A stretch of DNA of 35,343 nt from a virus (IMGVR_UViG_3300022177_000057:1-35343); one strand, 5' to 3'; shown: positions 1 to 8,297, counted from the first letter of the stretch. The notes: generated by a model not told the origin, from the sequence alone. Translations and numbers: made by a program.

Positions 1-531
1 TTACTGCCGCGAAACACTCCACGCCGGCGCGAAGATCACTTTACCGGGGCCGAGCAGCCCATCAACCGCCGGACCCTTGAGCACCACCACATGCCAGAAG
101 TAGCCTGCTAACTCCATCTCGAAGCCGGCCGGCACCTTGAACACCCGACCCGCCTCCATCATACTTCCCGTCTCGGGGCTGCCTTTGATCAGCCCGTCCA
201 GGAAGGCTTCCATCGTGATCCGCGCGCCCGCACCCGGCCCGCCGGTGGTCACAACCGTCCGGCCCACGTCATCCTGCACAACCAAATCTGGTAGCTCGGC
301 CTGCATGTTCTGCCGCTGATCCAGGCGAACCAAAAGCAGCTGATAGGCCAGGCGCTGGAGGTGGGACTCCTGAACGCGAATCTTGCGCCAGGCCCGGTCG
401 GACTCCTCCCACGCGCGGGCCGCCTTCTGGGGTTTATAAATGGTTTGATAGTAGAGAAGGCCAAAGAATGCCGGCACAGAAAGCAGGCCCAGCACCATAA
501 CCAATGATACAAAACGTCCCCGACTGGCCAT
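1..531 (-). CDS. Hypothetical membrane-anchored protein, probably co-transcribed with the repressor
   Basis: Likely ATG at 531 (MASRGRFVSLVMVLGLLSVPAFFGLLYY), an N-terminal hydrophobic helix, 19 nt after the repressor stop. The ORF track extends to 615. Confidence 0.65.
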   Translation of the reverse strand: MASRGRFVSLVMVLGLLSVPAFFGLLYYQTIYKPQKAARAWEESDRAWRKIRVQESHLQRLAYQLLLVRLDQRQNMQAELPDLVVQDDVGRTVVTTGGPGAGARITMEAFLDGLIKGSPETGSMMEAGRVFKVPAGFEMELAGYFWHVVVLKGPAVDGLLGPGKVIFAPAWSVSRQ

Positions 532-550
532 CGTCCCCCCCAACGCCTCG

Positions 551-1582
551 CTACATGTCCCGCCCCACCCAGACCACGCGGCCAATGATCTCCATGTCAT
601 CCGGCGGCGCGGCAAGGTCCAACTCGAACGGCCGGTAGACGGCGTTGTCGCTGGTCACCTGCACCCGCCGGTCCGGCAGGCGATGCAGGCGCTTGACCAG
701 CATGGCACCGTCGATGCGCAGCACGTAGAGGCCGTCATCATAGTTGGCCACCCTTGAGCGATCCACCAGAACCACATCGCCCTCGCGCAAGGTGGGCTCC
801 ATCGAGTCGCCCACCACCGTGACCAGCACCAAATGCGGCACATGCAGACCGCGCTCCGCCTTGACCCAGGCTTTGAGGAACGCGAGATGTTTCTTGGGGC
901 GCTGGTTTTCCTCTACGAGCACCCCGTGGCCGGCCGCGGCCTGCAGGTCATATAGCGGGATGAACACGTATTCATCCATAACCGGCAAGGCGGCGTCTTT
1001 GGCCAGGGGCACGCCATGTTCCAGCGGCTCGGCATCTATCCAACTCAGATCGCGCCCTAGAAATTCATGTTGGACTAGCTCGTCGACCAAGCGATTCAAA
1101 GGGAAGGCAGCCTGCCAACCCTCAACATCCAGCAGCAGCCGCTGCAGATCACAACCCAAGGCTTCACACAACAACTCGGCCTCGGCGGGCTCGGGCAGGG
1201 TGCGCCCCATTTCGATCTGCGCCAACCGCGCCAGGTCCAGGGCGCCGTCCTTCGTCAACCGCTCAATCTTGGCCCGGCCCGGCCCGGTCGCCCTAAGGTC
1301 GCGCAGGTTGATCCCTACGCTTCGAGCTGTCTCTCGATATTGGCCTATCTTATTGATAAGGCTAGCTAGAAAAAACTCGGAACTGCCAATTAAGGTTTCT
1401 ACCGAACACCCCAAGGCTTCGGCGATACGCACCAGTGCGTCATCGCCGGGGCTTTGTTGCCCACGTTCATACTTCCCATATTGAACGACGTGCATATCAG
1501 CGCGGCGGGCGATTTCCGTCTGAGGAATTTCGCCGCGCAGGGTTTTCAGTCGCCGTCCGATGGTTTCCGCAATTATTCCCAT
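551..1582 (-). CDS. CI-like phage repressor: two XRE-type HTH domains plus S24 peptidase
   Basis: IGRRLKTLR..QTEIARR..YGKYERG; second HTH-like unit LAQIEMGRTLP..LCEALGC; Ala-Gly site AAAGHG; catalytic GDSMEP and VKRL. ATG at 1582 preferred over TTG at 1594. Confidence 0.92.
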   Translation of the reverse strand: MGIIAETIGRRLKTLRGEIPQTEIARRADMHVVQYGKYERGQQSPGDDALVRIAEALGCSVETLIGSSEFFLASLINKIGQYRETARSVGINLRDLRATGPGRAKIERLTKDGALDLARLAQIEMGRTLPEPAEAELLCEALGCDLQRLLLDVEGWQAAFPLNRLVDELVQHEFLGRDLSWIDAEPLEHGVPLAKDAALPVMDEYVFIPLYDLQAAAGHGVLVEENQRPKKHLAFLKAWVKAERGLHVPHLVLVTVVGDSMEPTLREGDVVLVDRSRVANYDDGLYVLRIDGAMLVKRLHRLPDRRVQVTSDNAVYRPFELDLAAPPDDMEIIGRVVWVGRDM

Positions 1583-1685
1583 AAACCAATTCAACTTCGG
1601 CTTGACAAAACAAAACCGTTTCAGGTAATAACCTATTAGGTTGTGATGACCATTTTAGGTTGTGTCATTATCCGGCGGTCAAAGC
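1583..1685. promoter_or_regulatory. Divergent lysis/lysogeny control region with promoter and candidate operators
   Basis: AT-rich; perfect TTGACA at 1602-1607 with a TAAT-containing -10 near 1624-1631. Palindrome AACCTA-T-TAGGTT at 1630-1642. Direct repeat TTAGGTTGTG at 1636-1645 and 1655-1664. Confidence 0.75.
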
Positions 1686-2030
1686 ATGAAGCCACACCAG
1701 ATTAGAGGTCGCCTCCTGCTGAAAGGGCTAACCACGGCCTTGTTGGCCAAGGACCTGGACGTCTCGGTCGTAGCTGTCAACCGGGTCATCGCCGGCACCC
1801 TGGCCTCCCGGCGCATCATGCGCCGCATCGCCGACTTGATCGGTCAGCGCCCGGAGCGGGTTTTCCCCGCCGCCGCCCGCCTCTTTGTCCCTGAGCATAT
1901 CCGGCCCAAGGCATCCAGGTCAACGCTTGCCGCAGCAGGTGTTTCGGACGCCAGGCGGTCCGGCCCGACCCCGGACCGGGCCGAGAGTCAGGCGGAATCC
2001 TCGGCGATGACGGCTGGAGGCAGGCCGTGA
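1686..2030 (+). CDS. Ner/Cro-like HTH regulator
   Basis: MKPHQIRGRLLLKGLTTALLAKDLDVS...IADLIGQRPERVFP; first gene divergent from the repressor. Confidence 0.8.
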   Translation: MKPHQIRGRLLLKGLTTALLAKDLDVSVVAVNRVIAGTLASRRIMRRIADLIGQRPERVFPAAARLFVPEHIRPKASRSTLAAAGVSDARRSGPTPDRAESQAESSAMTAGGRP

Positions 2031-2464
2031 GGTCCGAAAGCGCCTATCAGATCCAACTGCCCCTCACCCGCAACCTGGATTTGCAGCGCCGGACCAAGGC
2101 CGCCGTGGGCCGGGCCATGAAGGCCTGCGGGCTTTCGCGCGAGCAGATCGCCGACCGGATCAACGAGGCCTTGGAAGCCGAGGGCAATCCCTACCGGGTA
2201 TCGGCTGCGGCGCTGGACCGCTGGGCGGCCCCTTCGGACACCACCCACAATATCTTCGCCTGGCTGGCGCCCCTCTTTTGCCGGGTGACCGGCAACCGGG
2301 AGCTGGTGGCCCTCCAGGCCGAGGCCCTGGGGATGGCCCTGGCCGGCGAAGAAGAAATGATCCTGATCCGCATGGCCAGCGCCCGCCGCAAGCGCCAAGA
2401 GGCCGCCCGCGAGGAGCGCCGCGCCCTGGAGGCCCTGGAAGACCTGGAGCGGGGCCGCGCCTAG
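2027..2464 (+). CDS. Putative phage DNA-binding protein
   Basis: GTGA overlap with ner; HTH-like SREQIADRIN...VSAAALDRWAAPS. Confidence 0.7.
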   Translation: MRSESAYQIQLPLTRNLDLQRRTKAAVGRAMKACGLSREQIADRINEALEAEGNPYRVSAAALDRWAAPSDTTHNIFAWLAPLFCRVTGNRELVALQAEALGMALAGEEEMILIRMASARRKRQEAAREERRALEALEDLERGRA

Positions 2465-2492
2465 GCCCCAACCAATCACGGGAGGGAGAGCG

Positions 2493-2750
2493 ATGACCCT
2501 GGAAAAGGTGATCAAGCATGACGCCGAGGCGCTGATAAAGGCGGCGCTGGTGGCCAATGTGACCGGGAAAATCCTGATCAGCGACGAGGTGGAGTTGTCC
2601 GCGAGCGACTACACCCAGGCGTTGATCGGGGAACTGGTCAGGCTGGACTACCTGAAGGTTGATGCCTGCCTGCTCCTGCCCGGTCCGCGGGCCGAGGTCA
2701 TGGACATCAGCGACGTCCTCGGCGCCCTGAAGAAGAGGGGGGCAATATGA
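2493..2750 (+). CDS. Hypothetical protein
   Basis: Strong RBS GGAGGGAG; 85 aa. Confidence 0.7.
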   Translation: MTLEKVIKHDAEALIKAALVANVTGKILISDEVELSASDYTQALIGELVRLDYLKVDACLLLPGPRAEVMDISDVLGALKKRGAI

Positions 2751-2893
2751 CCGCCCTTATCCATACCTATAGCAGCCCGCGCGCTCTGGCCCGCGCCCTG
2801 CGCAAGCTCAGCCTGCGCTATGGCGGGGGCACCCGCCTGATTGATGCCGCGCGGGCCGAGGCCCAGCGCCTGGGGCGGAGGGCTGCGGCGTGA
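2747..2893 (+). CDS. Small basic 48-aa protein, not in the ORF track
   Basis: MTALIHTYSSPRALARALRKLSLRYGGGTRLIDAARAEAQRLGRRAAA; ATGA overlap upstream and GTGA overlap downstream fill the gap exactly. Confidence 0.7.
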   Translation: MTALIHTYSSPRALARALRKLSLRYGGGTRLIDAARAEAQRLGRRAAA

Positions 2894-3204
2894 GCAAGGC
2901 CGAGTCCGTCAACGCCCTGGCCCGGGGCCTGGACCTGCTGCAGGAGGCGGCCCACATGGGGCCGTTCACGCTGAGCGAGATGGCCCGCGCCTTGGGCGAG
3001 CCCACCAGCACCGTGGACCGCTGGATCAGGACCCTGGCCGACAAGGGCATGCTCGACAAGGCCAGCCCCACCCAGTGGACGGTCGGCCTCAAGGCGGCCG
3101 ACTTGTGGGCGGCCTACCGCCTGCGCCTGAAACGGCAAATCGAGGAAGCCAGGATCGGCCTGGCCCGCACCGCCATACCAGAGGAGACGAGCGAATGGCA
3201 CTAG
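2890..3204 (+). CDS. IclR-type HTH DNA-binding protein
   Basis: SVNALARGLDLLQ...TLSEMARALGEPTSTVDRWIRTL. Confidence 0.8.
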   Translation: MSKAESVNALARGLDLLQEAAHMGPFTLSEMARALGEPTSTVDRWIRTLADKGMLDKASPTQWTVGLKAADLWAAYRLRLKRQIEEARIGLARTAIPEETSEWH

Positions 3205-4139
3205 AAGACACCTTGGGGCAGGCGGCCGACGTCGCGGCCACGGTTTCCCACGGCCTGGAGGATCAGGGCGACCTGGAGGTGGCCGAAGGCCGCCTGGAGA
3301 TAATCCAAAAGGATGAGGCCCTGCGGACCATGCTGGAGATCGGCAAGGCCGCCGGCCGGGTGCAGAGCGCCCAGATTTTCGGCCACGTGGCCGATTCTAT
3401 CCATGTAAGCCAGCTTCGGCGGCTCAAGGAAATCCACAAAGCTGCCGGCCTGACCTGGGCACAAGCCTGCGAAATTATTGGTATCGCCCGTCGCACCGCA
3501 GACCGATACCTGAATCTGGCCGACGAGCTGGGTGACGACTTTTTCGGCCACTGTGCCCAAATCGGCCTTTCGGTGCGGGCGATGGACGCCGCGCGCCAGC
3601 TGCCCGAACCGGTGCGTCAGGCCCTCGCCCAGGGCGAGGTGGTGGACCTGGAGACGGTGAGCAAGGAGGCCCTGACCGACGCCATCCGGCAGCTGGCCGG
3701 CGAACATGCCAAGGAGAAGGCCGATCTGGAGCAGACCCTGGCGGCCGAGCGCAAGTTGAGCAAGAAGGCGTTGGACAAGGGCTCCGAACTGACAGACCAG
3801 GTCAAGACCTTGACCCAGGAGCTGGAGGCCCTGCGCGAGGGCCTGGTGGCCGACGAGAGCCGCGCCCTGGCCGCCCTGCGCGAGGCCGAGCGCCCCATCG
3901 TGGCCCATATGGCCCGCCTGAAGAACACCCTGGACCTGGCCGGCCGTTCGCCGGCCTTCATCGCCCGCCTGGTGTCCGGCCTGGAGATGATCCGGGCGCT
4001 GGCCGACCTGACCGGCAAGGTGATCCTGGCCCGAGTCGAGGGTCTGGAGCCCGACGAAGAGGCGCTGGGGGTCGAGGCCCATCAGCTCAACCAGGACATC
4101 GCCGCCCACGACGGCGCCGCCCCCCATCCCGGGTTCTAG
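3195..4139 (+). CDS. DUF3102-like coiled-coil/HTH protein upstream of the transposase
   Basis: ATG at 3195 after GAGGAG; WAQACEIIGIARRTADRYLNLA; position typical of B3/BcepMu-like phages. Confidence 0.7.
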   Translation: MALEDTLGQAADVAATVSHGLEDQGDLEVAEGRLEIIQKDEALRTMLEIGKAAGRVQSAQIFGHVADSIHVSQLRRLKEIHKAAGLTWAQACEIIGIARRTADRYLNLADELGDDFFGHCAQIGLSVRAMDAARQLPEPVRQALAQGEVVDLETVSKEALTDAIRQLAGEHAKEKADLEQTLAAERKLSKKALDKGSELTDQVKTLTQELEALREGLVADESRALAALREAERPIVAHMARLKNTLDLAGRSPAFIARLVSGLEMIRALADLTGKVILARVEGLEPDEEALGVEAHQLNQDIAAHDGAAPHPGF

Positions 4140-4141
4140 CC

Positions 4142-5875
4142 ATGACCGACGAGCTGGCGCGGCAACTGGTCCTGGCCCTCAAGGCCGCCCCCTACGGCGG
4201 CAAGGAGGCGGTGCTGGCCCATTGGGCCGCGCACCTGGGCCTGTCCCGCTCCAGCCTACTGCGGGCCGCCGGCCGCGCCGGCTATCAGCCCCAGGAGCGC
4301 AAGCCCCGGGCCGACGCCGGCCGCAGCCGGGCCGGCATCAGCGCCGACGGCCTGGACTACGTGGTGGCCCTGATGACCGGCAGCCACCGCAAGGTCGGCC
4401 GGATGGAGATGCCCACCACCGAGGCGGTGGAGGAGTGCATCCGCCGCGGGGTGCTGCCCCCGGACACCCGGGTGGAGACGGTGCGTCGGCTCCTGCGCCA
4501 ACGGGGAGCCAGCCGCCGCGCCCTGCAGGCCAACTACACCACCGACGGCCAGACGGTGAGCGCCGCCCACGTGCGGCTGGTTAGCGACGGCCCCAACCAC
4601 ATGCACCAGGTCGACGTGTCGGCGTGCCTCCACTGGTATTTCCGCAAGCGCGGGGGCCTGGCCTTCCGCCACCAGAAATTGGACCTGGCCGGCGGCAAGA
4701 AGGCCGAACCCTACCGGGCCATCCGCGAGCATATTCTGCGCTACGTGTTGGTGGACCACGCCACGGGCGCGCTGTTCGTCAGGTATTACCTGGCCGCCGG
4801 CGAAACCGCCCTGAACATGATCGACTGCCTGCACCACGCCTGGCGGCGGCGCGAGCACCCCCAGGACATCTTCCACGGCGCGCCGCGCCTGCTCTACTTC
4901 GATCGCGGTGCGGCCAACACCGCCGCCATCACCGCCAACCTGTTGGACAACCTCCAGGTGCGCTGGGAGGCCCACCAGGCCGGCAACAGCCGGGCCACCG
5001 GCGCGGCCGAGGTCTACCAGCGCATCTGGCAGCAGCACTTCGAAAGCAAGCTGTTCCTGCGCCCCCCGGAGAACCTCGAGGAACTGAACGCTCGGGCCGA
5101 CGACGCGCGCATCTACTTCTGCGCCACCCGGATCAACCGGGCCACCGGCCAGACCCGTTGGCAGGCCTGGTCGGGTATCCGCGGCGATGAACTGCGGGTG
5201 CCCCCGCCCCGCGAGGTCTGGAACGAGTTGGTTCACGAGCGGCCCCACCTGACCCGAGCCAGCGCCGACGGCATCGTGCGCCACAAGGGCTCCCGCGCCC
5301 TGATCCTGGAGCCCATCAACGTGGGCGAGCCGATCATGGTGCTGCGCAACCCCTACAAGCTGCCCGAGCTGTGCCTGTTCCGGGTGACCGAGGACGGCGG
5401 CCGGGGCGCGCCGATGGCCAGCAAGCACGTGGCCGACGAGCGCGATCTGGCCGTGGCGGTGGGCGAGTTCCGCCGCCGGGCCGACACCCCGGCCCAGAAA
5501 GCCATGAAGTTGGCTGGAGGGCTGGACCTGAGCGGCTTCAGCGAGACGGTGTTCGCGGCCAAGGTCGACGAGCTGCCGGCCAACGTGCGCTTTTTGGAGC
5601 GCAAGGGAAGCGAGATCGCGGTGGAGCCGCCCGCAGCGCCGGAGCAGGCCTCGGCCGGGGACGACGAGGCGCGACCGGCCTGGTTCGCCACCGGGACCGA
5701 TCGTTACGAGTGGTGCCTGCGCCGCCGGGCCGCCGGGGCCGAGCTGGGGCCGGCGGACCGGGCGTGGATGGAAGAGTTCGAGCGCGACGAGGAATACATC
5801 GCCCAAGTGGACTGGTTCACCCAGCTCCGCGCGTTCCTCGCCCAACAAGTCGTAAACACGGGAGGGAGAGCATGA
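4142..5875 (+). CDS. DDE transposase (MuA equivalent)
   Basis: N-terminal HTH and RKPRADAG; candidate catalytic D (MHQVD), D (LYFDRG) and E (ATGAAE). Confidence 0.9.
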   Translation: MTDELARQLVLALKAAPYGGKEAVLAHWAAHLGLSRSSLLRAAGRAGYQPQERKPRADAGRSRAGISADGLDYVVALMTGSHRKVGRMEMPTTEAVEECIRRGVLPPDTRVETVRRLLRQRGASRRALQANYTTDGQTVSAAHVRLVSDGPNHMHQVDVSACLHWYFRKRGGLAFRHQKLDLAGGKKAEPYRAIREHILRYVLVDHATGALFVRYYLAAGETALNMIDCLHHAWRRREHPQDIFHGAPRLLYFDRGAANTAAITANLLDNLQVRWEAHQAGNSRATGAAEVYQRIWQQHFESKLFLRPPENLEELNARADDARIYFCATRINRATGQTRWQAWSGIRGDELRVPPPREVWNELVHERPHLTRASADGIVRHKGSRALILEPINVGEPIMVLRNPYKLPELCLFRVTEDGGRGAPMASKHVADERDLAVAVGEFRRRADTPAQKAMKLAGGLDLSGFSETVFAAKVDELPANVRFLERKGSEIAVEPPAAPEQASAGDDEARPAWFATGTDRYEWCLRRRAAGAELGPADRAWMEEFERDEEYIAQVDWFTQLRAFLAQQVVNTGGRA

Positions 5876-6603
5876 GCCGGGATTGGAAGTTCATTCAAAC
5901 CGCCAACGTTCGCAACCTGACCGGGGCCATGAACGCCCTGATGAACCGTCCGCCCAGGACCCCGGGTCTGGCGGTGGTGCATGGCCCGGCCGGACGGGGC
6001 AAGACCGAAGCCGCCATCTGGTATTGCGGCAACCGTGGCGGCCGCTACCTGGTGGCCAACCCCTTGTGGACCCCGCGCTGGATGCTGTGCGACCTGTACG
6101 CGGCGCTCAAGGGCCTCAAGACCGCCAACTTCACCAGCGCCAAGGCGGCGTTCTGGGAATGTCACCAGCTGATGAAGACCGACTCCCTGCCGGTGTTCAT
6201 CGACGAGGCCGACCAGATCGCCCGCAAGTTGCCTCTGCTGGAGGCCCTGCGCAACCTGGTGGACGGCACCGGGACGCCCATCGTCTGCGTGGGCACCGAC
6301 CAGATTTTCGTTCAGCTGCAACAGCGGGAGCAGTTCGCCAGCCGGGTCTATCAGGTGGTTACCTTCGAGGCCCTGAGCCTGGATGAAGTGAAGATGGCGG
6401 CCTCCGAATTAAATGGCCTGAATCTGGACGACGCGGCCGCCAAGGCGCTGCTGGAGGCCTGTGGCGGCTACTTCCGCGACCTGGTGGTGTCCCTGGGCAT
6501 CCTGGTCCAAGCGGCCACGGCCAGCGGCACCAAGGAGCCCGACGCCAAGATGGTGCAGGGCCTGTCACGTCGGGTGATGCGGGCCATGCTGCGGGCGGCC
6601 TGA
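5872..6603 (+). CDS. AAA+ transposition ATPase (MuB equivalent)
   Basis: ATGA overlap with the transposase; Walker A GPAGRGKT; Walker B VFIDEAD. Confidence 0.92.
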   Translation: MSRDWKFIQTANVRNLTGAMNALMNRPPRTPGLAVVHGPAGRGKTEAAIWYCGNRGGRYLVANPLWTPRWMLCDLYAALKGLKTANFTSAKAAFWECHQLMKTDSLPVFIDEADQIARKLPLLEALRNLVDGTGTPIVCVGTDQIFVQLQQREQFASRVYQVVTFEALSLDEVKMAASELNGLNLDDAAAKALLEACGGYFRDLVVSLGILVQAATASGTKEPDAKMVQGLSRRVMRAMLRAA

Positions 6604-6604
6604 C

Positions 6605-7099
6605 ATGGCCGCCTGGGACGTGATCCAGCGCTGGGTGCGCAGGCAGGGCCGGCCAGTCTCGATCAGCGAGATCGCGGCCGGCTGCAAGCTGACCCACGCC
6701 GAAGCCCTACGGCGCGTGCAGCGCCTGGTGGAGGCCGGCGAGCTGATCGACCAGGGCGGCGACCGGATCACCGCGCTGCCCGCGACGGGGTGGGACAAGC
6801 CGCGCGAAACCGCGCCGCCGACCCAACGCCGCATCTGGAACGTGGCCTGCAACTGCGACAAAAAGGGGGCTTGGACAGCGGCGGAGATCGCCCGCCTGGC
6901 CGAGGCCACCACGGATTACACCAGGCAATATCTGGCCCACTGCGAATCCTTGGGCTATCTGCTGGTGACCCGCCGGCCCGGACAGGCCACGTGGTTTCGC
7001 CTGCATCCCGAGGCCCCAGCCATCGGCCAACCGCCGGTATGGACCAACCGCCGCAACCGCGAGCTGCGCCAGCGCCAGCGGCGGGCCCAGCCTCCCTAA
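6605..7099 (+). CDS. Putative double winged-helix DNA-binding protein
   Basis: SISEIAAGCKLT..RLVEAGEL and TAAEIARLAEAT..YLAHCESLGYL. Confidence 0.7.
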   Translation: MAAWDVIQRWVRRQGRPVSISEIAAGCKLTHAEALRRVQRLVEAGELIDQGGDRITALPATGWDKPRETAPPTQRRIWNVACNCDKKGAWTAAEIARLAEATTDYTRQYLAHCESLGYLLVTRRPGQATWFRLHPEAPAIGQPPVWTNRRNRELRQRQRRAQPP

Positions 7100-7110
7100 C
7101 CCCACCTCCC

Positions 7111-7219
7111 GCCGTCCGGGGGCCAACGCCCCGGACGGCTCCTCCCTGGGCCGGGGTCGGCGGGCTCCGGCCCAGGGAAGAGCCGTAGCCCAGTCCTTAA
7201 GCAACCCGGCGCGACCGGG
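7111..7219 (+). other. Intergenic cluster of GC-rich hairpins
   Basis: Stems 7111-7121/7129-7139, 7144-7158/7163-7177 and 7205-7209/7215-7219. Confidence 0.7.
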
Positions 7220-7233
7220 GAAGGGAGAGCGAG

Positions 7234-7842
7234 ATGAAGACGCCCAAGTTGACCAAGGAACATCGCAACGCCTTTTTGACCCTGACGCGGAAAGCCACCG
7301 CCCCGGCGGAGGCCCAGACCCGCGAACAGGCCCTGAAGGAGTTGTTGCGAGCGGTGCGGCCGGTGCTGGAGCGGACCTGGCCGCGTAAGGACATGGCGGT
7401 ACTGGAACGTCACAAGGTGGCGAGGCGGCGCCAAAAGCTGCGCTTGCGCGTCAGTGGCGAAAACGGGTGCAGTTGCGTGAATGTGGACCTGCCGGCCGAC
7501 AGCTACGCGCACCCCGTCCCGGTGGACCCTCACGGCTTTAACGAGGTCCAGACGTTGCCGCTGCAACTGGAAAGCGAGGCGGCCTCTGCGGCGTTGGCCT
7601 ACCTCAACGCCCAGGACGCGGCGCGCGCGGCCAACGAAAATCTGCAAGTGGCCTTGGCGACGCTGGTGGAGGAGATCGTGGTGCCGGGCCGTCCTCTGGA
7701 CAACCTGGATCAACTGGTGCAGCTCTGGCCCGATCCGGCCGTGATCGAGTTGGCCGAGAAGATCAAGGCCGGCTCGTCGGTGCTGTCGGGCGAGGAGGCG
7801 GTCGAAGTGGTCAAGAGCGCCTTCAGCGGAAAGGCGGCCTAG
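7234..7842 (+). CDS. Hypothetical protein, possibly Nmad5-like
   Basis: RBS present; N-terminal KLTKEHR and C-terminal LDQLVQLWPD recall Nmad5 proteins (unverified). Confidence 0.65.
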   Translation: MKTPKLTKEHRNAFLTLTRKATAPAEAQTREQALKELLRAVRPVLERTWPRKDMAVLERHKVARRRQKLRLRVSGENGCSCVNVDLPADSYAHPVPVDPHGFNEVQTLPLQLESEAASAALAYLNAQDAARAANENLQVALATLVEEIVVPGRPLDNLDQLVQLWPDPAVIELAEKIKAGSSVLSGEEAVEVVKSAFSGKAA

Positions 7843-8097
7843 ATGATCGCCTACGCATGGGCCAGCGGCCTAATTGGGTTCGGCCCCAAGTGCCCCAAGA
7901 GAGCCCTGCCCATCGCCAACCACGACGACGAAGCCAAGCTGCGCGATACCATCCACGGCACTGCCCGCAAGGCCCGCCAAAGCAATAGCTGGTTGGTGCC
8001 CGGAGTCCCCGAGGCGGCCGACGGGAACGCGGCCGTGAATGCCCTGGTCTCCTACAGTCAACAGGTCATGGAAGCACTGAAGCGGGAGAACCCATAG
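7843..8097 (+). CDS. Conserved small phage protein, often labelled 'host nuclease inhibitor'
   Basis: MIAYAWASGLIGFG..P..ALPI...LVPGVPEA signature; the function label is unverified. Confidence 0.75.
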   Translation: MIAYAWASGLIGFGPKCPKRALPIANHDDEAKLRDTIHGTARKARQSNSWLVPGVPEAADGNAAVNALVSYSQQVMEALKRENP

Positions 8098-8166
8098 CCG
8101 AAACGCCCCGGAGCGTCCGGGGCGTCGGAGCGGGCTGGCCGCCGCCCCCTGATGATGGCAGGCCAG
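8097..8166 (+). ncRNA. Type II hammerhead ribozyme with pseudoknot
   Basis: GAAA 8100-8103; stem III 8103-8112/8116-8125; GUC site 8124-8126; stem I 8127-8133/8142-8148; CUGAUGA 8149-8155; stem II GCC 8097-8099/GGC 8157-8159; pseudoknot CUGGCC 8135-8140/GGCCAG 8161-8166. Confidence 0.88.
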
Positions 8167-8171
8167 GCAGG

Positions 8172-8297
8172 TGAGGGTTGCCGGAGGCGGGTACGAGCCG
8201 CCCCCGGCGACCGGATGGAATCAGCATCCGACCAGGTGAGACACCCAACCCTCGTGACATAGGGCCAGAGGGAAGACTAACACGGAGAGGTCGGATG
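8172..8297 (+). promoter_or_regulatory. Structured leader of the methyltransferase gene (multi-branch fold with an anti-start-codon element)
   Basis: Closing stem 8172-8180/8246-8254 with three internal hairpins; CATCCGACC 8225-8233 is complementary to GGTCGGATG 8289-8297. Confidence 0.5.

Noticed and set aside
2841-3194. Long N-terminal extensions in the ORF track (2841, 5371, 8178, 12377, 19840, 20646, 21344, 23513, 34447)
   Set aside because: They overlap real upstream genes or RNA elements; downstream starts have an RBS or stop/start coupling.
7091-7230. Possible twister ribozyme (CCCTAA...GTCCTTAAGC...AAGGG)
   Set aside because: The required P1 and P4 stems cannot be formed; kept only as a hairpin cluster.
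8172-8254. Cloverleaf resembling a tRNA
   Set aside because: Arm lengths are wrong, and there is no TTC T-loop, D-loop GG or CCA.
8155-8262. 35-aa ORF starting in the ribozyme core, considered as a Com-like gene
   Set aside because: No RBS and no zinc-finger cysteines; better explained as structured RNA.
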